This document shows positions 1 through 9,307 of a stretch of DNA of 51,680 bases, piece by piece. Origin of the DNA: an uncultured beta proteobacterium. Lineage in GTDB: Bacteria; Pseudomonadota; Gammaproteobacteria; Burkholderiales; Rhodocyclaceae. How positions within the stretch are numbered: position 1 is the stretch's first letter; each line of letters opens with the position of its first letter. The stretch is from NCBI GenBank assembly GCA_903922075.1, contig CAIXSK010000006.1, forward strand, positions 1 through 51,680. The letters run 5' to 3'. A program made the position numbers and the translations under genes. The notes under the pieces were generated by a model. The model did no database searches, was not told where the DNA came from, and was given only the letters and a program-made list of their open reading frames with translations.

Positions 1-54
1 ACCGGCCAGCACGTCAGCGATGCCTATATCGTCGAATACACGCAGAAGTTCTGA
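1..54 (+). CDS. 3' end of a gene truncated by the window edge (…IVEYTQKF*), possibly an outer-membrane beta-barrel
   Basis: Frame 1 is open to TGA at 52-54; terminal Y-x-x-x-F loosely resembles the OMP C-terminal signal. Confidence 0.3.
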   Translation, partial: TGQHVSDAYIVEYTQKF

Positions 55-78
55 CGACGCTTGGCGCCGGCCTGGCGT

Positions 79-1263
79 TTACCGTCCGCCGCCCCGCCCC
101 AGGCAGCTCCGGTAGCGCCCTTCGACCCGCCGGGCGAACCATTCGGTGGTCAGCTTGCGGCTGATTTTCGGGCTTTTCAGGTCGATTTGCGGCATCGCCT
201 GGCGGGGTAGCGGCCGGCCGGATTGTTCGGCCAGTTCGAAAACCCGGTTGAACAGCGGGCTCTTGCCGAAGGCCATGGTTTTTTCCAGCAGCAGGTCGCG
301 GCGGATTTGCGGGCGGCTCATGTCGAGGCGCTTGGCGATGCCAATGGCGGCTTCCTCGACGCTGCTCGGCACGGTAGCCGGCTGGCCGTTTTCGTAGCGC
401 AGCAGGTCGCCGTCGGGCGCCAGCGGCTGGCCGGTCAGCTTGCCCAGGGCGAGCTGGAAGGCGGCGTTGCGGCTGCTGTAGCGGCCGGCGTTGAAGTCGG
501 CGAAGCGATAGGTGATGGCGTCGTAGGGCACTTCGTAGTCGAGCAGGATGGCGCTGCCGAAATAGACGCCGCCGCGCCGGGTGAATACCTCGTGGCGCAG
601 TTTTTTGGCGATCGGGTACGGGTAGTCGCGTTGCCTGGCATGCTGAGCGGCGAAGTCGATGCTGACTTGCATCGGCCCGCCGGTATGTACCGGGTTCTGG
701 TCGGCGAACAACTGGCGGCCGAAGGGCAGTTCGCCGGTCATGTCCTCGAACAGGGCATTCAGCTGTTTCTCGGTCTTCAGGCTGTCGATGCGCTCGTTGT
801 AGCTCTTGCCGTCCGGCGAGGCCTTGCCCAGCGCGGCGTTGACGATCAGCATCGGCACGCCATAGCGGTCGGCCCGGGATTCGAGTTCGCGGCGGACGAT
901 ATTGGGCAGCCCGGGCACCGTCGGATCGGCCTGGAAGCTGGATTCCTGCTCGATGATGGCGATCGCCGCGCAATAGGTCTGCGTCGCGTGCGGCACTTCC
1001 AGCGTCCTGAAGGCGGTGTGCAGATCGTCGGCCCAGCCCTGGCGGTCCCTGGCATAACCCGGGATCAGGCGGACGATGCGCCTTTTGACTTCGGCCTCGG
1101 GCAGCGAGGTCGGCCAGGCAGCGGCCGTCCGGCCGTCGGCGCGGCGGGCCATGTCGGGCGGCAGCCGACCGCCCTCCTCCTCGCCTTCCTCGAACAGCGA
1201 ACAGCTGGTCAGAGTGGCAAACAGGGCGACAGTCAGCAGGAGATGCCGGTTGGGCAGGCGCAT
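79..1263 (-). CDS. DUF1615/YaiW-like lipoprotein
   Basis: Lipobox LTSC; motifs EQESSFQADP, TGGPMQVS, YRFADFNAGRYSSRNAAFQ. Confidence 0.8.
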   Translation of the reverse strand: MRLPNRHLLLTVALFATLTSCSLFEEGEEEGGRLPPDMARRADGRTAAAWPTSLPEAEVKRRIVRLIPGYARDRQGWADDLHTAFRTLEVPHATQTYCAAIAIIEQESSFQADPTVPGLPNIVRRELESRADRYGVPMLIVNAALGKASPDGKSYNERIDSLKTEKQLNALFEDMTGELPFGRQLFADQNPVHTGGPMQVSIDFAAQHARQRDYPYPIAKKLRHEVFTRRGGVYFGSAILLDYEVPYDAITYRFADFNAGRYSSRNAAFQLALGKLTGQPLAPDGDLLRYENGQPATVPSSVEEAAIGIAKRLDMSRPQIRRDLLLEKTMAFGKSPLFNRVFELAEQSGRPLPRQAMPQIDLKSPKISRKLTTEWFARRVEGRYRSCLGRGGGR

Positions 1264-1329
1264 GGGGTCAGGCCGGGAGCAGGCGAATGAACGCGATGGT
1301 GGCGAAGGATATCCCTTCGCCGATCAGGT

Positions 1330-3099
1330 TTAAACCGGTTCGAGCTGGCGCAGCGTCTTCTGGAACTGCGCCGCATCCTGGAAGCCGACGATGCGCACGG
1401 CCTTGTTCTCCTGCCCCTGGGCATTGAAGAAAATGATCCCCGGTGGGCCGAACAGGCCGAAGCGGGCGAGCAGCGCCTTGTCGTCGTCGGAATTGGCCGT
1501 GACGTCGGCCTGGAGCAGCGTGTAGCCGGCCAGTCTGGCCCGGACGGCCGGGTCGGCGAAGGTGAAGCGTTCCATTTCCTTGCAGGAGACGCACCAGTCG
1601 GCGTAGAAATCGAGCATGACCGGCTTGCCGGCGGTCTGGAGGCGAGCCTCCAGCGCGGCGACCGAGGCGACGCGCTCGAAGGGCAGCTTCTTTTCCTCGG
1701 CGGCGACGGCGCTGCCGCGCAGGCCGGCCAGCGGCTGCAGCGGGTCGCGGCCGCCGGCCAGGGCGCCGATCAGCAGCGCGGCACCGGTCAGCAGCATGAC
1801 GATGCCGATGCCCTTCCAGAAACGCTGCCAGCCCTTGGCGTGCGGCGGCAGCGGGTCGAGGGCGTGGAGGTAGATGGCCGGGACGATCAGCAGCAGCGCC
1901 CAGGCGAGCATCGCGGCGACCGCCGGGATGACCGGCGAGACCAGCCAGACGGCGGTGGCCAGCAGCAGCACGCCGAAGGCCTTCTTGACGCCTTCCATCC
2001 ACGGCCCGGTCTTGGGCAGCAGCGAACCGCCGGCGACGCCGACGGCGATCAGCGGCGCGCCCATGCCGAGCGCCATGACGAACAGCGCCGTGCCGCCGAG
2101 CACGGCATCGCCGGTCTGGCCGATGTAGAGCAGCGCGCCGGCCAGCGGCGCGGCAACACAGGGGCCGACGATCAGCGCCGACAGCGCGCCCATCAGGAAA
2201 ACGCCGATGCCGCGCCCGCCCTGCAGGTGGCCGGATTCCTCCGACAGCTTGCTTTGCAGCGCGGTCGGCAGTTGCAGCTCGTAGAAGCCGAACATCGAGA
2301 AGGACAGCACGACGAAAACCAGCGCGAAGCTGCCCAGCACCCACGGATTCTGCAGGGCGCTGGAGATCAGCGTGCCGGTCATGCCGGCGGCGACGCCAGC
2401 CGCCGCATAGGTGACGGCCATGCCCAGCACGTAGGCCAGCGCCAGCGCGAAGCCGCGGGCGTGCGAATTCTTGTGGCCCTGGCCGGCGATGATGCCGGAC
2501 AGGATGGGGATCATCGGGAAGACGCAGGGGGTCAGCGACAGGCCCAGCCCGGCTACGAAGAAGAAAGCGAGATTGGCCCAGAAGCCGGCGTGCTTCAGCG
2601 TCGAAGCGATCATGCCGCTTTCGTCGCCTTCGGCAGCGGCGGCTACGGCCGGCGGCGCACTTGCCGGGTCGGGCAGCGTGACGCTGACAGCCTGGGTTTG
2701 CGGCGGATAGCAGACACCGGCATCGGCGCAGCCCTGCGAAACGAGCTTCAGGTTCAGCGCCAGCGGACCGGAACTGGTCCGCTCGACCGGCACGCGGATG
2801 GCGACCTGCTGGTAATAGACCTCGACCTTGCCGAAATTCTCGTCGTTGTGCTCCTTGCCCTTGGGGAAGGTAGGTGTGCCGAGCGTGACCATCTCGCCAT
2901 CGACGCGGAAGCGGAACTTGTCGCGGTAGAGGTAGTAGCCCTTGGCGATCTCGTAGCTGACTTCGATCGTCTGGCCGTCGAGGGCGCGCACCGACGGCTT
3001 GAAGGCGACGGCCGGGTCGAGGAATTCGTCGGCGTGGGCCAGCGAGCCAAATAAGGAAAACAGCAGTGAGAAAAGCAGGAAGAGGATGCGCATGGTCAT
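1330..3099 (-). CDS. dsbD: Thiol:disulfide interchange protein DsbD
   Basis: QGCADAGVCYPP, LTPCVFPMIP, GPCVAAP and C-terminal DFYADWCVSCK; start ATG overlaps the cutA stop. Confidence 0.95.
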   Translation of the reverse strand: MTMRILFLLFSLLFSLFGSLAHADEFLDPAVAFKPSVRALDGQTIEVSYEIAKGYYLYRDKFRFRVDGEMVTLGTPTFPKGKEHNDENFGKVEVYYQQVAIRVPVERTSSGPLALNLKLVSQGCADAGVCYPPQTQAVSVTLPDPASAPPAVAAAAEGDESGMIASTLKHAGFWANLAFFFVAGLGLSLTPCVFPMIPILSGIIAGQGHKNSHARGFALALAYVLGMAVTYAAAGVAAGMTGTLISSALQNPWVLGSFALVFVVLSFSMFGFYELQLPTALQSKLSEESGHLQGGRGIGVFLMGALSALIVGPCVAAPLAGALLYIGQTGDAVLGGTALFVMALGMGAPLIAVGVAGGSLLPKTGPWMEGVKKAFGVLLLATAVWLVSPVIPAVAAMLAWALLLIVPAIYLHALDPLPPHAKGWQRFWKGIGIVMLLTGAALLIGALAGGRDPLQPLAGLRGSAVAAEEKKLPFERVASVAALEARLQTAGKPVMLDFYADWCVSCKEMERFTFADPAVRARLAGYTLLQADVTANSDDDKALLARFGLFGPPGIIFFNAQGQENKAVRIVGFQDAAQFQKTLRQLEPV

Positions 3100-3416
3100 T
3101 GGACGGTTTCTTCGGCCACCCAGTTCAGGTAGGCGGGCAAACCCTGCGCGATGGGCAGGGCGATGATTTCCGGGACGGCGTAGGGGTGGCGTTCGTGGAT
3201 CAGTTTTTCCAGCGCCGGGTAGTTTGCTACGGTCGCCTTGATAAAAAGCGGTATTTCCGTGGCCGACTCGACGGCGCCCTGCCAGCGATAAACCGACTGG
3301 ACGCGCGGCAGGATGTTGACGCAGGCGGCCAGCCGGGCCTCGACGACGGCCAGCGCGATGGCGTTGGCGCTTTCTTCGTCCGGGCAGTTGGTGATGACGA
3401 GCAGGGTTTCTTCCAT
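3096..3416 (-). CDS. cutA: Divalent-cation tolerance protein CutA
   Basis: LAACVNI, SVYRWQG, HPYAVPEII; upstream of dsbD. Confidence 0.95.
   Translation of the reverse strand: MEETLLVITNCPDEESANAIALAVVEARLAACVNILPRVQSVYRWQGAVESATEIPLFIKATVANYPALEKLIHERHPYAVPEIIALPIAQGLPAYLNWVAEETVQ
3223..3256 (+). repeat. Dispersed motif copy (core 11/13) inside cutA
   Basis: TTTGCTACGGTCG CCTTG ATAAAA AGCGG TATTT. Confidence 0.85.
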
Positions 3417-3425
3417 GGGCGGATA

Positions 3426-4211
3426 TTACTTGAGCAGGCGGCGGCGGGTCAGCCGTAAGGCGATGGCGAAGGCTACGGCGGCGGTGCCGAGCAGGGCCAT
3501 GATGTGGATCAGGGCGTCGGTCGGCACCTGACCGGCGAGCAGCGGGCGGACCAGCGCGACGCCCTGGGCCAGCGGCAGCCAGCCGCCGATCAGGGCCAGC
3601 CAGCCGGGCAACTGCTCGGTCGGGAAGAAAACGCCGGAAATCAGCGTCATCGGCGTGATGAACAGCGTGAAGTAGTACATGAAAAAATCGTAGGACGGCG
3701 CCAGCGCGTTCCAGATCAGGCCGAGCGCCGCGAAGGCCAGGCCGGTCAGCACGATGGCCGGCAGCGCCCAGAGCATCAGCGGGCCGTTGGTCAGGCCCAT
3801 GGCGGCGATGACGACGAGGATGGCGGCACCGGAAAACAGCGACTTGGTAGCCGCCCAGAACAGCTCGCCGGCCACCACATCCGAGAGGCCGAGCGGCGTA
3901 TTGAGGATGGCGTCCCAGGTTTTTTGCACATGCATCCGCGAAAAAGCCGAATACAGCGCTTCGAAGGTCGCCGCGTTCATCGTCGAGGCGCAGACGGTGC
4001 CGGCGGCCAGGAAGGCGATGTAGGGCTGGCCGTCGATGCTCGGCAGCATGGCGCCCAGCCCGTAGCCGAGGCCGAGCATGTAGATCATCGGGTCGGCCAG
4101 GTTGCCGAGGATGGAGGGCAGCGCCAGCTTCTTCCAGACCAGGAAATTGCGCCGCCAGACGGGCAGGAAGCCAAGCGGGTTGGAACGGGCGGCGGTCAGG
4201 GAGGCGGGCAT
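3426..4211 (-). CDS. nodJ: ABC-2 exporter permease, NodJ-like
   Basis: VWRRNFLVW, NLADPMIY, SGVFFP; about 6 TM segments. Confidence 0.85.
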   Translation of the reverse strand: MPASLTAARSNPLGFLPVWRRNFLVWKKLALPSILGNLADPMIYMLGLGYGLGAMLPSIDGQPYIAFLAAGTVCASTMNAATFEALYSAFSRMHVQKTWDAILNTPLGLSDVVAGELFWAATKSLFSGAAILVVIAAMGLTNGPLMLWALPAIVLTGLAFAALGLIWNALAPSYDFFMYYFTLFITPMTLISGVFFPTEQLPGWLALIGGWLPLAQGVALVRPLLAGQVPTDALIHIMALLGTAAVAFAIALRLTRRRLLK

Positions 4212-4276
4212 CGGCGGACGGTGGGCAGGAGGCGAAGCGCCATTCTAGCGCCTCGTTAAGTCCTCCCCTACCCTGG

Positions 4277-4386
4277 GGAAGCACTGATTTAATCCGTTCG
4301 CCCTGAGCTTGTCGAAGGGCTTTCCTGATGGAAGCAAGGGCTTCGACAAGCTCAGCCCGAACGGCTATGAATAAATCAGCCCTTTC
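4277..4386. mobile_element. 110-bp MITE/REP-like element
   Basis: Terminal inverted repeats 4277-4291 and 4372-4386 (12/15 match); flanks CTGG and CTAG; internal hairpin CTGAGCTTGTCGAAG (4303-4317) / CTTCGACAAGCTCAG (4341-4355). Confidence 0.7.
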
Positions 4387-5271
4387 CTAGCCGGCGAGGC
4401 TGGTAGCACAGACCGCGCCGATTTCGGGCAGGTCGTCCGGGCTTAGTTCGAGGCAGGCCAGGCAGTCGGCGCCGAGCTTTTCCCATTCGCTGGTCAGCGA
4501 CTGGGCGGTATGCGTCTGGACCAGGTATTCGGCCAGCTGGGCGACGGCGATCAGGCGGCGCGAACTTTCCGGCAGTTCGATGCTGCCATCCAGCGCGCCG
4601 AGCGCGTGGTGATGGCGGATGGCCAGGCAGGTGTCTTCGGGCAGCAGCCAGCCTTCGGCCAGATCGGCGCCGAGCGTGGCGTGGTTGAGCCCGATGGCAC
4701 CCTCCTCGACTTCCGTGAAGGGGCGCGCGGTTTCGTTGTTGGCGCGGATCAGGACGTCGCGGTATTCCGGGAAAGGGATCATCAGCATCGGGATGCCGCA
4801 GTCGCGGAACAGCGCGAAGGTGTGAGCGTCTTCCGGGCGGATGCCGATGTGGCGGCCAAGATGCTTGGCGACGCAGGCAGCGACTTCGGCGGTCAGCGCC
4901 GAGGCGTCCCAGAAGCGTTCCATGTTGGGCACGTGCTTGAAAGCATCTTTCAGGGCCAGCCCAGCCACCGTCTTGACGACGACCTTGAGGCCGAGCACGA
5001 GCAGCGCTTCCTGCACGGTCGGCACCTTCTTGCCGAACGAGAAATACGGCGAATTGGCAATCTTGATCATGCCGGCCGACAGCCCGACGTCCTTGCTCAG
5101 CAAGCGGGCCAGATAGATGAAATCCGGCTCGTCCTTGGCGGTTTCCTGCTCGATCTGCGTCAGGATGGTCGGGCGCGGCGGGATGCCGATGTCGCGGATC
5201 TCGATTTTCATCCGGGATTCGACGGCGTCGGAATGCGGGGTGGGCGGCTTGTTGTTCAGGCTGGAATCCAT
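4387..5271 (-). CDS. HDOD domain signalling protein (start uncertain)
   Basis: IPPRP, KIANSPYF, ALLVLG, GLNHATLGADLAEGWLLP, AIRHHH. Confidence 0.85.
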   Translation of the reverse strand: MDSSLNNKPPTPHSDAVESRMKIEIRDIGIPPRPTILTQIEQETAKDEPDFIYLARLLSKDVGLSAGMIKIANSPYFSFGKKVPTVQEALLVLGLKVVVKTVAGLALKDAFKHVPNMERFWDASALTAEVAACVAKHLGRHIGIRPEDAHTFALFRDCGIPMLMIPFPEYRDVLIRANNETARPFTEVEEGAIGLNHATLGADLAEGWLLPEDTCLAIRHHHALGALDGSIELPESSRRLIAVAQLAEYLVQTHTAQSLTSEWEKLGADCLACLELSPDDLPEIGAVCATSLAG

Positions 5272-5410
5272 GGCGGACTGCGCTTTCGTCACAATCCGGC
5301 ATTATATTCCCGCTCAGGCCGTGCGGGCCTTCATGACGATGCAATCGGGGCTAAACTGGGCGGCAATTCGGTTATCGAATGGCCATCGGGGTGATGAACA
5401 GGAGGATGCG

Positions 5411-6178
5411 ATGGATGCAAAACTTTCTCCCAAGGCGGTGCTGATCGATCTGGCCGGCGTGCTGCACACCGGCGACGACCCGCTGCCCGGCGCCGTCCTG
5501 GCTCTCGCCCGCCTGCGTGCCTCGGGCGTCCCGTTGCGCTTTTTGACCAACACGACGCGCACGCCAAGCAACGTCCTGTTCGCCAAGCTGCAGCGCATGG
5601 GCTTCACGCTCGCCGTCCGCGAGATCCAGACCGCCGCGCTGGCAGCTCGGACGCTGGTCCGCAGCCGCGGCCTCAAGCCGCTGTGGCTGGTGCATCCCGA
5701 TATCGCCGCCGAAATGGGCGGTAGCGCGCCCGATCCCGATGTCGTCGTCCTTGGCGACATGGGCCCGCATTTCACCTACCCCATCCTCAACCATGCTTTC
5801 CGCCTGTTGATGGACGGCGTGCCGCTGATGGCGATGGCCCGCAATCGCTATTTCATGGAGCAGGACGGCCTGTCGCTCGACATGGGCGCCTTCGTCGCCG
5901 GGCTGGAATACTCGGCCGGCGTCTGCGCCGAAATCACCGGCAAGCCGGCCCCCGCCTTCTTCGCCGCGGCGCTGGCCGAACTCGGCGTCGCCGCCGCCGA
6001 CGCGGTGCTGATCGGCGACGACTTAACCGACGACATCGGCGGCGCCCAGGCGGCCGGTATTCCCGGCATCCTGGTCCGTACCGGCAAATTCCGCCCGGGC
6101 GACGATCAAAACCCGGACATCCGGCCGGCGGCGGTGTTCGACGACTTCAATGCTACGGTCGATGCGATTTTGAGCTGA
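5411..6178 (+). CDS. HAD-IIA hydrolase (LHPP/HDHD2-like)
   Basis: DLAGVL, FLTNTT, GKPAPAFF, IGDDLTDDIGGA, LVRTGKFR; GGAGG RBS at 5401. Confidence 0.9.
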   Translation: MDAKLSPKAVLIDLAGVLHTGDDPLPGAVLALARLRASGVPLRFLTNTTRTPSNVLFAKLQRMGFTLAVREIQTAALAARTLVRSRGLKPLWLVHPDIAAEMGGSAPDPDVVVLGDMGPHFTYPILNHAFRLLMDGVPLMAMARNRYFMEQDGLSLDMGAFVAGLEYSAGVCAEITGKPAPAFFAAALAELGVAAADAVLIGDDLTDDIGGAQAAGIPGILVRTGKFRPGDDQNPDIRPAAVFDDFNATVDAILS

Positions 6179-6182
6179 AAAT
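6149..6182 (+). repeat. Dispersed motif copy (perfect core) spanning the HAD gene stop codon
   Basis: AATGCTACGGTCG ATGCG ATTTTG AGCTG AAAAT. Confidence 0.95.
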
Positions 6183-6250
6183 CGAAGTCGGGCCCTGTGG
6201 TCTGTTCTGCCAATTGCGAAGCAGATCACTAGCAATGCGACAATGTCGCC

Positions 6251-7819
6251 ATGCCGCCGGCCATCATCCTCAGCACCCTCAATGCCCGCTACATCCACGC
6301 CTCGCTCGGCCTGCGCTATCTGCTGGCCAACCTCGACCGGCACGGCGGGGCCGGCTTGCGCCAACGGGCCCTCCTGCGTGAATTCACCATTTCCCGGCCA
6401 GTCCCTGAAATCGCCGCGTCGATCTTGGCCGAACTCGGCGAACCGCTCGACGGCCAGCCGCAGATCGTCGGCCTCGGCGTCTATATCTGGAACATCGCGC
6501 CAACCACCGAACTGGTTCTCCAGCTGAAGGCTGCCCGGCCGGCGCTGAAAATCGTCCTCGGCGGGCCGGAAGTCAGCCACGAATGGGAAGCGCAGGAAAT
6601 CGTCCGCCGCGCCGACCACCTGATCACCGGCTGGGGCGACGTCAGCTTCGCCAAGCTCTGCCGCGCCCTGCTCGACGGGCCGCCACCGCTGATCAAAGTG
6701 ATCCCCGGCGAACAGCCGCCACTGGCCGAGATCGAATTGCCCTACGCCGAATTCACCGCTGACGACCTCGCCCACCGCCTGCTCTACGTCGAAGCCTCGC
6801 GCGGCTGCCCGTTCAAATGCGAGTTCTGCCTCAGCGCGCTGGATAAAACCGCCTGGGCCTTCGAGCAGCCCCGCTTCCTCGCGGCGCTGGATACGCTCTT
6901 CCAACGCGGGGCGCGCAACTTCAAGTTCGTTGATCGCACCTTCAACCTGAAGATAGCCAGCTCGCTGGCCATCCTGCAATTCTTCCTCGACCGCCTGACG
7001 CCCGAGCTCTTCCTGCATTTCGAAGTCATCCCCGATCACCTGCCGGAACGCCTGAAAGCCATGATCGCCCGCTTCCCGCCCGGCGTGCTGCAGCTGGAAA
7101 TCGGCGTCCAGACCTTCAACCCCGAGGTCCAGCAAACCATCTCGCGCCGTCAGGACAACGAAAAAACCTGCGCCAACCTCGCCTGGCTGGCCGAGCACAG
7201 CCCCGCCCACCTGCACGCCGACCTGATCTTCGGCCTGCCCGGCGAAACGCTGGAGAGTTTTGCCGCCGGTTTCGACCGCCTCTACGCCCTGCGCCCGCAT
7301 GAAATCCAGCTCGGCGTGCTGAAACGCCTGCGCGGCACCCCCATCGCCCGGCACAGCGCCGCCCACGGCATGGTCTACGACCCCGAAGCGCCCTACACCG
7401 TCCAGCAAACCGCCGTCGTCGACGCCGCCACCGTCCAGCGCTTCACCCGCCTCGCCCGCTACTGGGACCTGCTCGCCAACTCCGGCCGCTTCAAGGCCAG
7501 CCTCGCCCTGCTGCTCGAAGCCCCCTCCCCGTTCGCCGCCTTCCTGGCTTTTAGCGACTGGCTCTGGCAAACCACCGCCCAAACCCACCGCCTGACGCCG
7601 GAAACGCTGGTCGATAGCCTGTTCGCCTATCTAACGACCATCATCGGCCGGGACAAGGAAACCGTCCGCCACACCCTGCTCGCCGACTACCAATCCAGCG
7701 GCGCCCGCGCCAACCCGGCTTGTTTGCAGGGGCTGTTGAAGGACAGGGAAAAGCCGGTGCAGCGATCATCGAAGGCGCTGGCGCAGCGGCAGGAGCGGCA
7801 TGGGGTTTTGGGGGGCTGA
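6251..7819 (+). CDS. B12-binding radical SAM protein (DUF4080-type)
   Basis: LNARYIHASLGLRYL, GGPEVS, SRGCPFKCEFC (CxxxCxxC), FVDRTFN. Confidence 0.9.
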   Translation: MPPAIILSTLNARYIHASLGLRYLLANLDRHGGAGLRQRALLREFTISRPVPEIAASILAELGEPLDGQPQIVGLGVYIWNIAPTTELVLQLKAARPALKIVLGGPEVSHEWEAQEIVRRADHLITGWGDVSFAKLCRALLDGPPPLIKVIPGEQPPLAEIELPYAEFTADDLAHRLLYVEASRGCPFKCEFCLSALDKTAWAFEQPRFLAALDTLFQRGARNFKFVDRTFNLKIASSLAILQFFLDRLTPELFLHFEVIPDHLPERLKAMIARFPPGVLQLEIGVQTFNPEVQQTISRRQDNEKTCANLAWLAEHSPAHLHADLIFGLPGETLESFAAGFDRLYALRPHEIQLGVLKRLRGTPIARHSAAHGMVYDPEAPYTVQQTAVVDAATVQRFTRLARYWDLLANSGRFKASLALLLEAPSPFAAFLAFSDWLWQTTAQTHRLTPETLVDSLFAYLTTIIGRDKETVRHTLLADYQSSGARANPACLQGLLKDREKPVQRSSKALAQRQERHGVLGG

Positions 7820-8024
7820 AGCTTCCGCTTCCAGCCATTGCCGGCCGTCTGACGATTGGTACACGAAGCAGTCATTAGGCGCCAGCAGTCAATGAATTAC
7901 CCGGTTTCCGCGTCCTCGAGCACTCATCCGGTTGATGGCATCGGCATTATCAATGAGGCATAATGCTGATCGATAATTCGTTGACCGACTGCTAAGGCGA
8001 ACGTGCTTGTTCCGAGGAGGTGAT

Positions 8025-8504
8025 TTGAAAAGGCTGTTTCTTCCGTTCTTACTGACTCTAGCTGCGATTTGTTCGGGCTGCGTGACGGCACCGGCGATAC
8101 CGGAAGGCTATTCAGGGCCAATCGCCACGGTCAATGACTCGACGATGTCTGAAACCTACAACCGGGCACAATTCTATTATCTAGGTGAAATCGACGGAAG
8201 GCGGATGGACAACGTGCTGTTCAAGACGCGACAGCAAAACTCGGGGAAGGGATTTTCCTTGGCAACGTCGCAATATTCGCGACAGGTTCCGGCGGGCCTT
8301 CGCCAGCTCAAGCTGCAAGCCAGGATCGGCTATGGCGCCCCGATTCAAGAGATTCTGAATTCGAGTACCGTCTATGAGGTGGAGAGGACGATCAGCGTCA
8401 CGCTTGAGTCAAACAAGACCTATGTCGTCAAAGGGAAACTGAGCGCTGAGGAAAAATCTGTTTGGCTTGAAGAATCGGATACGGGCAAGCGAATTGAGCC
8501 GTAA
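8025..8504 (+). CDS. Hypothetical lipoprotein
   Basis: TTG start after strong RBS AGGAGGTGA; signal peptide ending SGC; lower GC than flanks. Confidence 0.7.
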   Translation: MKRLFLPFLLTLAAICSGCVTAPAIPEGYSGPIATVNDSTMSETYNRAQFYYLGEIDGRRMDNVLFKTRQQNSGKGFSLATSQYSRQVPAGLRQLKLQARIGYGAPIQEILNSSTVYEVERTISVTLESNKTYVVKGKLSAEEKSVWLEESDTGKRIEP

Positions 8505-8519
8505 AGAGGAGTCACCAGC

Positions 8520-9143
8520 ATGAGAGCACGATATTATTTGGGAGGCTGGTGGCTGGCGATCAGCTTGATGAACTCCCTGATCCTGCTTACGGCCTGTAGC
8601 AGTGAACCGCTGGTTCGCGGTTACGTCGCACCTACGCATACCTGTTGTGCCAGATTCGAAGAATTCAAGTTTCACCAGCTGTCCTTGGGGCAGGAATTCG
8701 TTTTCAGCATCACCTCGGCCGACCCGACGTATCCGTTCTCGAATGGTCGACGCGAGCATTTTGCGGCGTTTAGCGTACCAGACGGTTTTGCCGCCACGAC
8801 GATTCAAAGTAAGAGCTTCCTGTCCACCGATTTTCTCCCCAAGGCGACGGCCCTACTTCCGGACTTTATCTTCCTTGATGGTAGCTACCGGCAGATAAGC
8901 CGTGCGAGTGTAAAGAATCTGCAAGAACGAGGGAGCTTTTGGGGCGGTGCGCTTGGCAGTACAGTAATCGCGCCCCCGGGCGTTCGCTATTTTGTCGTCG
9001 TCGCCGGTATCGGCGACGGCTCAAATCAATATCATTCGGAAAATGGCAGGCTTCATCCGATTCCGGCGGCCGCTTTAGGCAAGCTGTCCCTAAGGTTATT
9101 TGGCGAGCCGATCAGGACGGCTGCGAGCAAACAGCCGGATTAG
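8520..9143 (+). CDS. Hypothetical lipoprotein
   Basis: RBS GAGGAG; lipobox LTAC; lower GC than flanks. Confidence 0.65.
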   Translation: MRARYYLGGWWLAISLMNSLILLTACSSEPLVRGYVAPTHTCCARFEEFKFHQLSLGQEFVFSITSADPTYPFSNGRREHFAAFSVPDGFAATTIQSKSFLSTDFLPKATALLPDFIFLDGSYRQISRASVKNLQERGSFWGGALGSTVIAPPGVRYFVVVAGIGDGSNQYHSENGRLHPIPAAALGKLSLRLFGEPIRTAASKQPD

Positions 9144-9249
9144 CCTCCTTGTCACTCAGGATCCTCTGACGCCGGCCACACCTCAAACGAGAGGCCGTTC
9201 TGAAGAACGCTGAAGGACGGCTTAGGGTCGCCAGCGGAAATAAATTCTG

Positions 9250-9283
9250 ATTTTGGCCGTTTTTTGCCGCCGACCGTAGCATT
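9250..9283 (-). repeat. Dispersed motif copy (perfect core), intergenic
   Basis: Reverse strand AATGCTACGGTCG GCGGC AAAAAA CGGCC AAAAT. Confidence 0.95.
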
Positions 9284-9307
9284 TGCCCTCGGCCGCCCTG
9301 CCGCCGC

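Noticed and set aside
3100-4284. 984-aa ORF suggesting an N-terminally extended DsbD
   Set aside because: The extension overlaps cutA and nodJ in other frames; a signal peptide starts at 3099/3093
9218-9251. Possible inverted partner (…TAGGGTCG CCAGC GGAAAT) facing the 9250 copy
   Set aside because: Too degenerate to support
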